Translations under genes and position numbers: made by a program
IMG/VR virus record: IMGVR_UViG_3300046616_000269
Location: 6,617 to 70,616 of that record
Source of the DNA: a virus
Direction: 5' to 3' (one strand)
Length of the DNA: 64,000 bases
Notes under the pieces: generated by a model
Told to the model about the DNA's origin: nothing
Databases searched by the model: none
Seen by the model: only the letters and a program-made list of their open reading frames with translations
In this document: one piece after another, positions 44,166 through 54,091 of the stretch
Numbering within the stretch: position 1 is the stretch's first letter
Layout: the number at the start of each line of letters is the position of its first letter

Positions 44166-46024
44166 TCTTCACTGAACTGCGCATCCAGAACTTCCGCAGC
44201 TTCGGCAAGACCCAAACGTTTGTCTTCCCCCAAGAACCCGGCCTCTACTTCATGAGTGGCCGCAACGAAGCCGAACCGCGGCTGGATGCCAACGGCGCCG
44301 GCAAGTCGACCATCTGGGATGCGCTTACCTGGTGCATCTTCGGCAAGACCCCGAAGGGCCTGAAAGCCGGCGACGTCAACAACTGGGAAGCCGGGAAGAA
44401 CACCCGGGTAGAGCTGGACTTCACATCACCCAGCGGCGAAGACTGCACGATGGTCCGCAGCTGGAAGCCCAACACCTGGACTCTGCAGGCCAGGGGTGGC
44501 GTCGGCCCGGTCGATGACCTTACGAAGTCCGCCGACAACTTCTTTCTGGGCTGGCTGGGCCTGGACTTCGCGCCATTCCTGAATGCCGTGCTGATGGCGC
44601 AGGGCCAGCCGATGTTCTTGGACATGAAGGCCGAGCCCCAGGCGGCGCTTTTTTCTGAAGTCATGGGCCTGGACCGCTGGATGGAAGCATCTGGCAAGGC
44701 CAGTAAGAAGGCCAGTGACCAGGACCGCGTCAGCCGCGCACTAGAACGGACCCAGGCGGCCATCCGCGGTGAACTCGAGGGCCTGGGTAGGGAAGACCTG
44801 AAAAGCAGCCTGCAGCGTTGGGAGGAAGAACGGTCGGCCCGCCTGCATAAGATCGACGCAACAATCGTCGGCTACGAGATGCACAGCAGCGCGCTCGAAG
44901 ATGTCGAACACTTCGGCGCCGTCGAACTCGAGCGACGCGCCGAGCTGGATGCGGCCGAGCTGCCGCTTGCAGGCCTGGACCAAGCCAGGGCAGAGGCCCA
45001 GGCGCTGGAGTCGAAGCTGCGCCGCGAACTAGATCTGCTGAAGCGGGACCTGGAGCATGAAGACGAACACTTCGACGCCCTGGAAAGCGGCGAGCCCTGC
45101 CCGAAGTGCGGCCACAAGCTGTCAGCCCGCGAACTCGACGAGGCCCTGGACAAGCAGGTCAGGCGTCTGGAGAAGCTGAAGAAGGAAACGACCGCGGCGA
45201 TGACCGCCTACCAGGAAGCCAGGACCGCAGTCCAGGCCGCCAACAAGGCCCTGGATGAGCACGACGCCGTCCGCGATGTCTGCGTCAAGCGCCTGCGCAA
45301 GGCAGAAGATGAAGCCGCCAGGGCGCGGCAGGCCCTGCAGCAGGAAGAGCGCGACATCAAGCGGCTTAACAAGGAGTTCGATGACGTCCAGGCCGAAACG
45401 AACCCCTATGCGGCCATGGAAAAGCGGGCGCGGCAGAACCTGGAGCGGCTGAACGAAGAACTGGCGGCGACCGAACGGCAACTGGACGCCAGCAACTCGA
45501 AGATGGGGCTTTACAGCTACTGGGTACGCGGCTTCAAGGAACTGCGCTTGCAGCAGATAGCCGAAGCCCTTACGGAACTCGAGATAGAGGTCAACAGCAG
45601 CGTCGAAGCCCTGGGTCTGGTCGGCTGGCAGCTGAACTTCCAGGTAGACCGCGAAACCAAAGGCGGCAGCATCCAGCGTGGGTTCAGCGTAGCCGTTAGA
45701 TCACCGCATAACAGCTTGGCGGTGCCCTGGGAGGCCTGGAGTGGCGGCGAGGCCCAGCGGTTGCGTCTGGCCGCGAATATGGGGCTTTCCGACCTCATAC
45801 GCAGCCGCACCGGTGCCAGCCTGCCGCTGGAGGTATGGGACGAGCCTACGGAAGGCTTAAGCCATCAGGGGATTCAGGATCTACTCGAGACCCTGGAAAC
45901 ACGGGCCAGAGTCGAGCAGCGGCAGATCTGGGTTGTCGACCACAGAGCCCATGCCTTCGGTGGCTTTGCAGGCGGCGCCGAGATCATCAAGACCAACAGC
46001 GGCAGCCGCATCCGGCAAAGCTGA
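44162..46024 (+). CDS. sbcC: SbcC/Rad50-like ATPase
   Basis: NGAGKST, coiled coils, CPKC hook, SGGE and WDEP motifs. Confidence 0.92.
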   Translation: MIFTELRIQNFRSFGKTQTFVFPQEPGLYFMSGRNEAEPRLDANGAGKSTIWDALTWCIFGKTPKGLKAGDVNNWEAGKNTRVELDFTSPSGEDCTMVRSWKPNTWTLQARGGVGPVDDLTKSADNFFLGWLGLDFAPFLNAVLMAQGQPMFLDMKAEPQAALFSEVMGLDRWMEASGKASKKASDQDRVSRALERTQAAIRGELEGLGREDLKSSLQRWEEERSARLHKIDATIVGYEMHSSALEDVEHFGAVELERRAELDAAELPLAGLDQARAEAQALESKLRRELDLLKRDLEHEDEHFDALESGEPCPKCGHKLSARELDEALDKQVRRLEKLKKETTAAMTAYQEARTAVQAANKALDEHDAVRDVCVKRLRKAEDEAARARQALQQEERDIKRLNKEFDDVQAETNPYAAMEKRARQNLERLNEELAATERQLDASNSKMGLYSYWVRGFKELRLQQIAEALTELEIEVNSSVEALGLVGWQLNFQVDRETKGGSIQRGFSVAVRSPHNSLAVPWEAWSGGEAQRLRLAANMGLSDLIRSRTGASLPLEVWDEPTEGLSHQGIQDLLETLETRARVEQRQIWVVDHRAHAFGGFAGGAEIIKTNSGSRIRQS

Positions 46025-46053
46025 CGTATATCTATTCAACAAGGAGGACCACC

Positions 46054-46302
46054 ATGAAAGCACTTATTGAACCACCAGCAAAAAGCAAAGCAGTACCAGC
46101 TTTCCCACAGCTGTTCCAACACAAAAGTAAGAAGGGCTGCATTCTGCTGGTCTTGTCTAGAGCCATGACTAACGGCGGGTGGGTCTATGACGGCGCCATC
46201 GTTTCAACCGTTCCTGGTGCCAACGAACTCGGTGCCGTCGAAGATCTGAATGCTGACCTCTGGGAAAAGTTTGACGGCAGAGTCACGCTTTCAAACGACT
46301 AG
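46054..46302 (+). CDS. hypothetical protein
   Basis: AAGGAGG RBS. Confidence 0.6.
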   Translation: MKALIEPPAKSKAVPAFPQLFQHKSKKGCILLVLSRAMTNGGWVYDGAIVSTVPGANELGAVEDLNADLWEKFDGRVTLSND

Positions 46303-46304
46303 CC

Positions 46305-46832
46305 ATGGCACTCAGTAGCTACAAGGTCGGTCTGGTCGTCGGCACCATGGGCATCAATCAGGCCCAGGTCGACTATCTGGCCGCCGCCATCAAAATGATT
46401 GGCGCCCAGCTGGAACCCGGCGCCGTCATCACCATGCTGGCCTCTGCCAGCAATCTGCGCAAGCCCACCGAGGGCCTACCGGCGCAGGTAAAGGCACTCG
46501 CTTACAAGGGCAGGGTGCACGTGCAAGAACTGGACGCCATGGATGCCGGGACGCCTGTGGCTGCCTTCCTCTATGCGCAGCTGAAGGATTGCGACGAAAT
46601 CTGGTGCTGTCCGGGTCCCGGCCAGAACAATCACAGCAAGGCCAGGGCTTGCGCGCTCTACCAATACGCGCAGAACCGGGCCGGCGAGATGCGGGACTGG
46701 TACTACTCCCCAGCTGATGGTCACGATGCCAAGCGGACGGCGCTGCGCTTCAAGATGGTCTCCCCCTGGGTCGAAGTGCAGGCGGCTGCCAAGCCCTTGG
46801 AGCCACGTCAGAAACTGAAAGGAAAACGATAA
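46305..46832 (+). CDS. hypothetical protein, possibly SLOG/Rossmann-like
   Basis: G.VVGT.GI..AQ and CDEIWCCP...A...YA patterns. Confidence 0.5.
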   Translation: MALSSYKVGLVVGTMGINQAQVDYLAAAIKMIGAQLEPGAVITMLASASNLRKPTEGLPAQVKALAYKGRVHVQELDAMDAGTPVAAFLYAQLKDCDEIWCCPGPGQNNHSKARACALYQYAQNRAGEMRDWYYSPADGHDAKRTALRFKMVSPWVEVQAAAKPLEPRQKLKGKR

Positions 46833-47275
46833 TGGAACGGAAGAAGATTTTGGATGCGCCGCGCGTGATGCGCAGGGCTATTGTGGCCGATGCCGATAAC
46901 TCGGTGGCCGCGGTCGCTGGGGACCAATTGGTGCTGCCCGGCATTCATCCGTTTGGCTACGGATACTCGGCCTGGGCGATTGCGCTGACTGGCTGGGTGC
47001 TGGGGCCTTGCCCACCATGCTCTGGGATCTGGGAATACCGGATTGACGGCAACCCCGATGAACTCGGCCGCCTCTGGTTCGAGCGCGCCGCCGATAAGGA
47101 AGACGGCCGCTGGTTCGGCATCAACCTCGACACGGGGCGCCGCAACGAGCAGTGCCTGAGCTGGCATTCCACGGTGGCGGGAACTACCTGGTGGCGGGGC
47201 CTAAGCGAACCCTGCCCAGATGGCTACAAGCACAAGGTGCCGGGCGCCAGCATGTACCGGGTGCCATTGCTATGA
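46832..47275 (+). CDS. hypothetical protein
   Basis: TAATG coupling; Trp-rich. Confidence 0.5.
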   Translation: MERKKILDAPRVMRRAIVADADNSVAAVAGDQLVLPGIHPFGYGYSAWAIALTGWVLGPCPPCSGIWEYRIDGNPDELGRLWFERAADKEDGRWFGINLDTGRRNEQCLSWHSTVAGTTWWRGLSEPCPDGYKHKVPGASMYRVPLL

Positions 47276-47610
47276 AGAAGCTCAAGTGGTGGCAGCGCAT
47301 GCTGATGACACCTGTCGGTCAGCATCTTTTCTACCTGCTACAGCAGCCCGACTGGGTCTTCAACAAGCTGCAGACGCTGAGCACGGACATGACCATCACG
47401 GCGCGCGGTGAACTGGTCTATGGCGACCGTGCAATCGTTTTGGACCTGGCCGCAGGCTTCCGTTATGAGCACATCAAGACGCTGCCAACAGACGTCTTGA
47501 ACGCCTGCGACAAGCACGTTCTGCGGGGGCTTGTCGCTGCATCCTGGCATAAGGAGCGCTACGAGAAGGAAGAAGCAGTTCGTGCCGCAATCATGGCGAC
47601 CAAACTATGA
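47272..47610 (+). CDS. hypothetical protein
   Basis: ATGA-coupled; start MKKLKWW. Confidence 0.55.
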   Translation: MKKLKWWQRMLMTPVGQHLFYLLQQPDWVFNKLQTLSTDMTITARGELVYGDRAIVLDLAAGFRYEHIKTLPTDVLNACDKHVLRGLVAASWHKERYEKEEAVRAAIMATKL

Positions 47611-47825
47611 ATACCTGCGAAGCCGCGAACTGGCTGACTCTGATACTGCTTGGCATGATCGGCACCGCAGGTATCGCTGTCATGGTAGGGGCCGCTTACG
47701 TGACCAAGCGGTTTCGCCAGATGATGCGGGACCCTGGCCTAGGTGGGCTCTATACGGCGGCCCCGACGCTTCCACCCACAGGAAGCTCCATCGTCCGAGG
47801 GGTAGCGGAGGATATGAACGCATGA
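47607..47825 (+). CDS. small membrane protein
   Basis: TM helix; ATGA-coupled. Confidence 0.55.
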   Translation: MNTCEAANWLTLILLGMIGTAGIAVMVGAAYVTKRFRQMMRDPGLGGLYTAAPTLPPTGSSIVRGVAEDMNA

Positions 47826-48037
47826 GCGCCCGCAAACGCAAAAAGGCGCCCCGCTCCCTGACTGTGAACAGGGGCGGGGCATGGGGTCACGTGCGCTATC
47901 TGCGAAAGCGTGCCTACTGCTACGGGCATCACTGCCCCGCTGATGCGCTAGGAATCGAGCGCACGGCAATGCTGACGGCATTCATGCAGCGCGAATTGCG
48001 CGCCATCAATTTTTACAACGAAGGCAGAACCTTATGA
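47822..48037 (+). CDS. small basic protein
   Basis: ATGA-coupled; start MSARKRKK. Confidence 0.5.
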   Translation: MSARKRKKAPRSLTVNRGGAWGHVRYLRKRAYCYGHHCPADALGIERTAMLTAFMQRELRAINFYNEGRTL

Positions 48038-48378
48038 ACTCCCAACCACAAGACTTCGATGAGTGCCCAGCCAGCGGCCAATCCTGCAGCTACGTCGACA
48101 ACTACGGCCCCAACGGCGAGCGCGGCTGCCAGTACTGCGGATCGGCCCCGATTGCACCGGTACAGCCACCACGCAGGTCGCCGGAAGAAGTCGCCGAGAA
48201 CAACCGCAAGGCCCAGGCAGCGACCATCGCCTTCTATGAGCATGAGTTTCGGCAGCTGATCGCAGCCGCCGGTATGGCTGGCATGAATGTCGAGATAGCG
48301 CGTCAAAGCTACCCGCCGCTGAAGCAGGGCAACACCGTTGCGGTAGTCACGGTTTGGCCGCGCCTGCCGAGCCGTTGA
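48034..48378 (+). CDS. hypothetical Cys-containing protein
   Basis: CP...C...CQYC; last plus-strand gene. Confidence 0.55.
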   Translation: MNSQPQDFDECPASGQSCSYVDNYGPNGERGCQYCGSAPIAPVQPPRRSPEEVAENNRKAQAATIAFYEHEFRQLIAAAGMAGMNVEIARQSYPPLKQGNTVAVVTVWPRLPSR

Positions 48379-48871
48379 TGCGGTTCAAGGTGTCGCGGGC
48401 TTCCCCGTAGCGCCGGTAGCAGGCGTCCCGCTGATCGGCAACGGTTCGGGCGCTGGCAGCGAGCCGGATAAGAACCTCTGCATCTCCGCGATATAGTCCG
48501 GCGCCGGTACAGCTGGGTCCAGGGCCGGCAGCACCGGGCAGATCTGCTGCACCAGGGCCGGGCCTTTCGGGCCGGTCGCGCAGCCCGTTAAGAGCAATAG
48601 TAAGGCTGCGCTGGGCAGCAGCATATTTTTCAGCACTGGTTTTCCTTTCGGCATCGGCGGCATCCTGCAACGCCCGGGTTTCGGCTTCATTCTTGCGGAT
48701 CAACTTCTTGTTCTCTTCCGCCCTGGCCTGGGACTCTGCATCCCAGGCCGTCTGCACGCTGTTGGCGCCGTTTTCATGGCCCCGGCTATAGGCAGACAGC
48801 CCCACGCCTGTCAAGAGCGCCAGAAGGCCCAGAATCAGCCAGGGGTTCGGCAGCAGCCCCAACAGCTTCAT
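48347..48871 (-). CDS. Rz: i-spanin (Rz-like)
   Basis: N-terminal TM, coiled coil and C-terminal Cys; follows the endolysin. Confidence 0.8.
   Translation of the reverse strand: MKLLGLLPNPWLILGLLALLTGVGLSAYSRGHENGANSVQTAWDAESQARAEENKKLIRKNEAETRALQDAADAERKTSAEKYAAAQRSLTIALNGLRDRPERPGPGAADLPGAAGPGPSCTGAGLYRGDAEVLIRLAASARTVADQRDACYRRYGEARDTLNRINGSAGAAKP
48385..48624 (-). CDS. Rz1: o-spanin lipoprotein (Rz1-like), embedded in Rz
   Basis: Lipobox LLLTGC; Pro-rich; alternate frame inside the i-spanin gene. Confidence 0.8.
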   Translation of the reverse strand: MLLPSAALLLLLTGCATGPKGPALVQQICPVLPALDPAVPAPDYIAEMQRFLSGSLPAPEPLPISGTPATGATGKPATP

Positions 48872-49515
48872 CACGTCAGCACCTTCTGGACTTTCGTCTT
48901 CATCGCCTGGACCTCGGCCAGCCCGAAGACGCCGCCATTGACGATCTTCCGCAGCCGCACGGTATCGCCAAGGATGGAGTCGGGAATCTTGCCTTCCCAC
49001 CAGTCGATGGCGAACTGAAGCGCGAAGTGCGGCTGCTCGGCCAGCTGGGGATTCTCGACCAGGTCCTGGCCGCTGTAGGCTCCCTGCCAAGCGTAGTTCG
49101 ACTTGCCCGTCAGCATGATCAGCCCCCTGCCGCGGTACTTGCTGCCATCGCCTGGGATGTTGTTCCCCATGCGGCCACCGTAGCAGGCCTCGAAGAAGGC
49201 GTCTTCATTGTTGGCGATGCTTTCGGCGATGGACCCCATGCTGCGCCAGCGAGTGTTCAGGCCGCTGGCCGCCGCCAGCTGGCGGATGCGCGGGGCGCTG
49301 TAGCGGCCGTCTTCCACCAGACGTTCGAGCTTCGCGCTTTCCACAAGGATGGTCGGCAGGAAGTCCACCAGATCGGCTTCGCCACGGCTGAAGACGTAGG
49401 GGCGCAGGACAGCGGCAAAGACCGGCCCCCACTTCTCGGCCGTTGTCGGCTTGACGCCGCAGCCCAGCAGTATCAGGGACCAGTCTTGCGCAGTGCGCGG
49501 TTTGAGTTCATTCAT
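48871..49515 (-). CDS. endolysin, glycoside hydrolase family 19
   Basis: ES...L.E, YGGRMGN, YRGRGLIMLTGKSNY and VNGG motifs. Confidence 0.9.
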   Translation of the reverse strand: MNELKPRTAQDWSLILLGCGVKPTTAEKWGPVFAAVLRPYVFSRGEADLVDFLPTILVESAKLERLVEDGRYSAPRIRQLAAASGLNTRWRSMGSIAESIANNEDAFFEACYGGRMGNNIPGDGSKYRGRGLIMLTGKSNYAWQGAYSGQDLVENPQLAEQPHFALQFAIDWWEGKIPDSILGDTVRLRKIVNGGVFGLAEVQAMKTKVQKVLT

Positions 49516-49954
49516 TTCGTTGGGCCTTTCGCATATCTGTCAAGGGCATCAGGCCACTGTCGGTCAGCGCCTTGGACGACGAAACAACCACCGGCCGCAT
49601 GCGCTCGAACTCGCGGCGCAGGTAGCCGAGTTCTGACTCCAGGGTGGCGATACGCGCAGCATCTGCATTGCGTACGCTCCAGGCCTCGTTTGCTGACTTC
49701 ATCAGCCGCTCGTTTTCTTCGATGAGCGACTTATTCACCTTCATCAGGGCATCGACCATGCCGCCTTCGGCGCGGTCCTTGGCGGTCTCGAGTCCGTCGC
49801 GGCTGATGCGTCGGCGCAGCCACATGATGGCAAGGCCCACGATCAGCGTACCGGCCCCCACGCCGGTCGCAGTTTCGCCAGTGATGGGAAGCGCTGGGAT
49901 GGGATTCACCAGCTGCTGCTGCGTCGTCTGCTGCGCTATTGGCAGATAGGTCAC
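49508..49954 (-). CDS. single-TM coiled-coil lysis-cassette protein (holin-like)
   Basis: GTGA overlap start; one TM followed by a coiled coil; upstream of the endolysin. Confidence 0.55.
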   Translation of the reverse strand: MTYLPIAQQTTQQQLVNPIPALPITGETATGVGAGTLIVGLAIMWLRRRISRDGLETAKDRAEGGMVDALMKVNKSLIEENERLMKSANEAWSVRNADAARIATLESELGYLRREFERMRPVVVSSSKALTDSGLMPLTDMRKAQRNE

Positions 49955-50418
49955 GCCGTCACCATTTCCCGCCGTAAACCCGTGCGGTACAGGGCCCAGC
50001 CACTTGCCACTATCAGCACCCATTCGGTTGAAGAAGTGGGTAGGAGCAGACCAAGGCTGAGATTGATGGAAAGGGTCGAGTAAAACCATATCACGAACCC
50101 GTAGAAGTTGACCAGAATCCCAGCCCATACCCGCTCCTTTGGATCTAAGATCCTCCAATGAACACCAACCCAATGCAGGGTAAAAATAAAGACCCAAAGC
50201 CACTCACCGCGCAACGAGCCGATGTGGACGAGGTCCATCAGCGCGTAGGCGGGGCGGTCGAACAGCAGGTTGCCCTGCCATGTGTTTATGCCCAGCGTCA
50301 TGGCGTAGACGCCGGATGACCATGCCAGCAGCAGCCGGACGGGTGCCGTGTCACCGGCGGCCCAGATAGTGCGGGCGACGATGATGCACCAGCGCCGGCG
50401 CAAGGCCTCCAGAGTCAT
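49951..50418 (-). CDS. multi-TM membrane protein (holin/antiholin candidate)
   Basis: About 4 hydrophobic segments; in the lysis cassette. Confidence 0.55.
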   Translation of the reverse strand: MTLEALRRRWCIIVARTIWAAGDTAPVRLLLAWSSGVYAMTLGINTWQGNLLFDRPAYALMDLVHIGSLRGEWLWVFIFTLHWVGVHWRILDPKERVWAGILVNFYGFVIWFYSTLSINLSLGLLLPTSSTEWVLIVASGWALYRTGLRREMVTA

Positions 50419-50771
50419 AGCGCCGACTCCGTGCCTTCAGGCTTGCCGGCCTGCGGCCAGGGCTCCCCAGGGGCGGGCGTAGTCACGATGACCGGCACTT
50501 CGACGACAGCAGGCGGCATGCTCTTCTGCTTCAGTGGCCTGACGAAGAAGATGATGCCGTGCGCCACCAGCAGCACCAAGCTCTTCAGGGCAGGGGGCAA
50601 GCTGGGTAGCCCCGTCTGAATCAGGTCGGCGTGTTCGAGGACGAAGGTCGCGGCGTCGGGTCCGTAGGCGATAAGCAGAGAGGCCACGCTGGTCAGCCAC
50701 GCCCAGGACTTGTAGAAGCCCTTAACGATATGCGCGTTGTACCAGGCCCAGTATTTTTCCTTCAGCGTCAT
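50415..50771 (-). CDS. two-TM holin candidate
   Basis: KSW..., two TM segments, R..KQ. Confidence 0.55.
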   Translation of the reverse strand: MTLKEKYWAWYNAHIVKGFYKSWAWLTSVASLLIAYGPDAATFVLEHADLIQTGLPSLPPALKSLVLLVAHGIIFFVRPLKQKSMPPAVVEVPVIVTTPAPGEPWPQAGKPEGTESAL

Positions 50772-50795
50772 GATGTGCTCCAGTAGTTGATGAAA

Positions 50796-51269
50796 TCAGC
50801 CCGGCAGATCGAAGTCAGGCAGGGTGGCGATGAGTTCTGCAGCCGTGGGCTCGTCTGCTTCACCGGCGCGGTAGCGCTCCAGCAAGTCGTAGCAAGCCGC
50901 CCAGACAAGCGAGCGCCATGCACGCAGGGCTCGGCCTTCATTCTGGAAGCGGGCGACTGCTGGTTCGTCTGCATAGCCGACCGCGGCAGCAATGCTGTCA
51001 TAGCCGAAGCTCTGCGCCTTCACGTCGAGATGTCTCTGAACTGCCGCTGACAGCTTGCCGATGCGCTCATCGACGCTGATAGGCGGGGGCGGGGGCGGCT
51101 CAGCAAGCACGGGGTTGCCGTCGCTGTTGGGAACGATGACCTTGCCAGCCGACTGACCGGCCAGGAGTTCGGCATGTGCTTGTTCCGTGATTTCCACCAC
51201 GTCGCCGGGCACGTTTCCGCCGTGAACTTCAGGCGTGTAAAAACCGTTTGTTGATGCGCTGTAGAACAT
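50796..51269 (-). CDS. tail fibre assembly chaperone
   Basis: MFYSASTNGFY..EVHG..VP.D.VEIT...H..LL.GQ..GK.I; YDSI..A..Y. Confidence 0.85.
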   Translation of the reverse strand: MFYSASTNGFYTPEVHGGNVPGDVVEITEQAHAELLAGQSAGKVIVPNSDGNPVLAEPPPPPPISVDERIGKLSAAVQRHLDVKAQSFGYDSIAAAVGYADEPAVARFQNEGRALRAWRSLVWAACYDLLERYRAGEADEPTAAELIATLPDFDLPG

Positions 51270-51271
51270 GA

Positions 51272-52228
51272 TTAGTACCCGATTGCGATTGCGGTGTATG
51301 CCGCGTTGGAAGTTGACCCGCTGATATTTTCAAATGTCCCGATGTTCACGCCGGACGTGCTTTTGCCATTGAATGACGCAAGGTACGCGGCGGGGTTGTC
51401 GCACATCGCTGTGACGGCGATACATGCCGTGGGGAATGCGATCGGGAAAACACGACTAACAAAAGGTGAACCGGCAGAGGCGCTGCCGTTGCCGGTAAAG
51501 AATTGAATAATCAATCCGCTTGGTAGGCGCTGCCAGCCATTGGCGCTAAGGCTTCGCCCATAGTCACCTTGACTGCCACGGGCCGATGCGGTGCCACCAG
51601 TGATAGCCCAAAATCCGCCAATCTTGGTAAACACGGCAGAATCGCCGTTGTTGAGCGTAACGGTACTGAGCGCCGCGCTGCCGCTCAAAAATTGGTCTGC
51701 GCCATTTCCGTCAATCACCACACCATCAACGGTCGCCATCATGGAAAACGACGATCCGAAGTTTACGGCCGACAATGCGGGCAAACCATAGGTGCCCGCA
51801 GCTTGGATGTAGAACGCGCCACCAACGTCCGTCACGGCAAAGTTACCAACAATGCTAATGGGCTGGCCGAATTGGTAATTGCCGATTGCGCGCTGCACAA
51901 ATGCCGTAGTAGCAGGCAACGTGGTGGCGTTAAACTGCGGAGCCGTGGCGAAGATATTGGCAGCACTCAATGTCGCCTTAAAGATAGTCGCAATCTGCGC
52001 CGGCGTCAGCGTATCGACCAGGTCCGTGCCCTGGCTGTCCGCCATCAGCTGCGACAGACCTGCTGCAATGAGTGATGCCTGCCGCAGGGCCTTGTTGACT
52101 AGCTTGCTGCGTGCCGTACCGGGTTGGTTGCCGTTCGTTCGCTGGCTGTCGGCGGCGTACTCGGTGTCCGTCAGCAAGTTGGTGCCGATGTCAGTCGGCG
52201 AGAAGGTGAGAATCTTATTGGCTGCCAT
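51272..52228 (-). CDS. tail fibre protein
   Basis: ARSKLVNKALRQAS N-terminus, ATTAFV, NGWQRLPSGLIIQ...FPIAFP...AIGY C-terminus. Confidence 0.9.
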   Translation of the reverse strand: MAANKILTFSPTDIGTNLLTDTEYAADSQRTNGNQPGTARSKLVNKALRQASLIAAGLSQLMADSQGTDLVDTLTPAQIATIFKATLSAANIFATAPQFNATTLPATTAFVQRAIGNYQFGQPISIVGNFAVTDVGGAFYIQAAGTYGLPALSAVNFGSSFSMMATVDGVVIDGNGADQFLSGSAALSTVTLNNGDSAVFTKIGGFWAITGGTASARGSQGDYGRSLSANGWQRLPSGLIIQFFTGNGSASAGSPFVSRVFPIAFPTACIAVTAMCDNPAAYLASFNGKSTSGVNIGTFENISGSTSNAAYTAIAIGY

Positions 52229-52243
52229 GATGTCTTTCAGTGG

Positions 52244-52906
52244 TTAAATTTCAACTGCCCAGCGCCCGATGTCCCAGCCCTGCAGCGTCACGCTGTCAGA
52301 GTCCCAGGCGAAGAGAGTGCCAACAGTTGGTGGATAGTTGTAGAAGGCAATGCGAACTCCTTCCGGCTTCAGCGGGAAGAAGCCAGATGTGAGCAGAGCG
52401 ATCTGGATAGCCGTTAGCGATGGCCCCGTGAAGTTGATCGCCATACTCATGTCCTGGTTGTCCTGGACCACGATGTTCTGGCCGGTGTCGGCAAACACTA
52501 TATTCCATACGCGCTCGGCATCAGCGATGGTTCCGTCCCAGCTGTTGGCGGCGATCTTGGCAAGGATGATCTGCCGGTAGGCATCATCTGGTAAGACGCT
52601 GATGCCCGTGTCTGGATCAAACTCGCCTTTCCAAGTGCCTGAATCCCAGCCGACCAGATCGGTGCTGTCCCAGGCGAAGTAGACGCCGGTCAGCTCGACG
52701 TTCAGGCGCCTGCCGATGCCCACCCACAGGCCTATGGCGTCCAGCTGCACGCCAACAGCCTGTGACAGATCGAAGTTGTCGGATAGCGCGGCCACTGCGT
52801 TCCCAGTCTGGGCGACGGCGTCCGTCAGGGTCCGGACGGTTTCGACGAAAAGGGGCTTGTCGGCGTGCTGGCTGGTGATGAGTAAGATGTAGTCATCTGC
52901 TGTCAT
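52244..52906 (-). CDS. baseplate wedge protein (DUF2612-like)
   Basis: FD...AVG.QLDAIG.WVG, DDAYR..I.AKI..N.WDGT, DNQDMS. Confidence 0.85.
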   Translation of the reverse strand: MTADDYILLITSQHADKPLFVETVRTLTDAVAQTGNAVAALSDNFDLSQAVGVQLDAIGLWVGIGRRLNVELTGVYFAWDSTDLVGWDSGTWKGEFDPDTGISVLPDDAYRQIILAKIAANSWDGTIADAERVWNIVFADTGQNIVVQDNQDMSMAINFTGPSLTAIQIALLTSGFFPLKPEGVRIAFYNYPPTVGTLFAWDSDSVTLQGWDIGRWAVEI

Positions 52907-54090
52907 GGCGCCGCCGTCAGAGCAATGTTTGCCACCAAGCTGGTCGCCATCTCATTGAAGGCGATGGGTACATCAGCGCTTGCGACTGCAGCAGGGTTGA
53001 TGCTGATCTGCAGGACGTTGACTTCAAAGGTCTCCGAACCAATGGCGCCGAAGAACTGAGCCGGCATGTAGAGCCTGCCAAGGTCGACCCGCTTGCCGAT
53101 TCCCAGCGCGTTGATGTAGGCTGCCACAGATGCCTTGATCTGCTCGCCGATGGCGGTCGTATAGCCTGGGTAGGTCTTGACCGTGATGGCTACCTTGATC
53201 GGCACAAACGTCGGGATGAAGTAGCGGATGCTGTAATTGATGCCGCCGCTACCCACGACTGTGACGACCGTCGTCCCATGCGTGTAGGCGCCCGGCGTCT
53301 TCTTCGGCAGGATGGTGTCGCCGATCTGCTGGCTGTCACCGCCAAGGACCACCAAGGCGATGCTGTGCTCTGGCAGGCCATTGGAATCCGTCGCGTTGGT
53401 ATCGTTCTCGTAGGCCTTGACCTGCGTCACGCCGGGAAGGGCTGCAACGGCCCCCACAATCCCATCCAAGACCGTCCGGCTGGGCAGGGCCGTGCTAAAC
53501 GTCTGGCGGCGCCGTAGGGTGGCGTCTGACTCGACTGGCGCGCCCGGCGCCGCTGCGCTGATATTCGTCGTCGTCTGCCAGCCCTGCTGCGGATTGGCGA
53601 TCGTTGTCAAGGTCCCGATGCCTGCGGTGATGGCGCCATCCTTTTCGGCGGTCGCCGTGACGTCGACTTGGCCGGCGCCTGGGATGGTGACTGCAGCAGG
53701 CAGCAGCCAGCGGTTGCCCTGGGCGTCTGCGACGATGCCGTTCATGATCGTCGTCCCGATGACCCCAACGACGCGCTGCAGCACCGAACCGCGGCTGGCG
53801 ATGGCGCGGCTGATGCCGTTCAGCTTGACGTTGTTGCTGAGTGCGCGGCCCGTTGATGTGGCCGGGCTGAAGCTGTTGTAGACGGCGATGGCAACGTCAT
53901 TGCTGTCACTGATGGCCTTGGCAAAGACGGCAAGCAGCTGGCCGTCCTGGCTATCGGGCTCGATGTAGGCATCGCTGCCGTAGATGGATTGAAAGCTGGC
54001 CTGCAGTGACTGCAGGATGTCGGAGTAGGGCGGCGCCGTGATGCCGTTGGCGTCGACGGTGGCGGCCAGGGTTGCAAGTGGGAATGGCAT
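52903..54090 (-). CDS. baseplate J/gp47-like protein
   Basis: DSQDGQ, ESDA.LR.R, YENDT and LP.HSI motifs. Confidence 0.9.
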   Translation of the reverse strand: MPFPLATLAATVDANGITAPPYSDILQSLQASFQSIYGSDAYIEPDSQDGQLLAVFAKAISDSNDVAIAVYNSFSPATSTGRALSNNVKLNGISRAIASRGSVLQRVVGVIGTTIMNGIVADAQGNRWLLPAAVTIPGAGQVDVTATAEKDGAITAGIGTLTTIANPQQGWQTTTNISAAAPGAPVESDATLRRRQTFSTALPSRTVLDGIVGAVAALPGVTQVKAYENDTNATDSNGLPEHSIALVVLGGDSQQIGDTILPKKTPGAYTHGTTVVTVVGSGGINYSIRYFIPTFVPIKVAITVKTYPGYTTAIGEQIKASVAAYINALGIGKRVDLGRLYMPAQFFGAIGSETFEVNVLQISINPAAVASADVPIAFNEMATSLVANIALTAAP

Positions 54091-54091
54091 G

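Noticed and set aside
53159-53164. GTATAG hexamers at 53159 (plus) and 47750 (minus)
   Set aside because: Antisense to the local genes and lacking the AT extension; treated as background, and a caution on the motif claim
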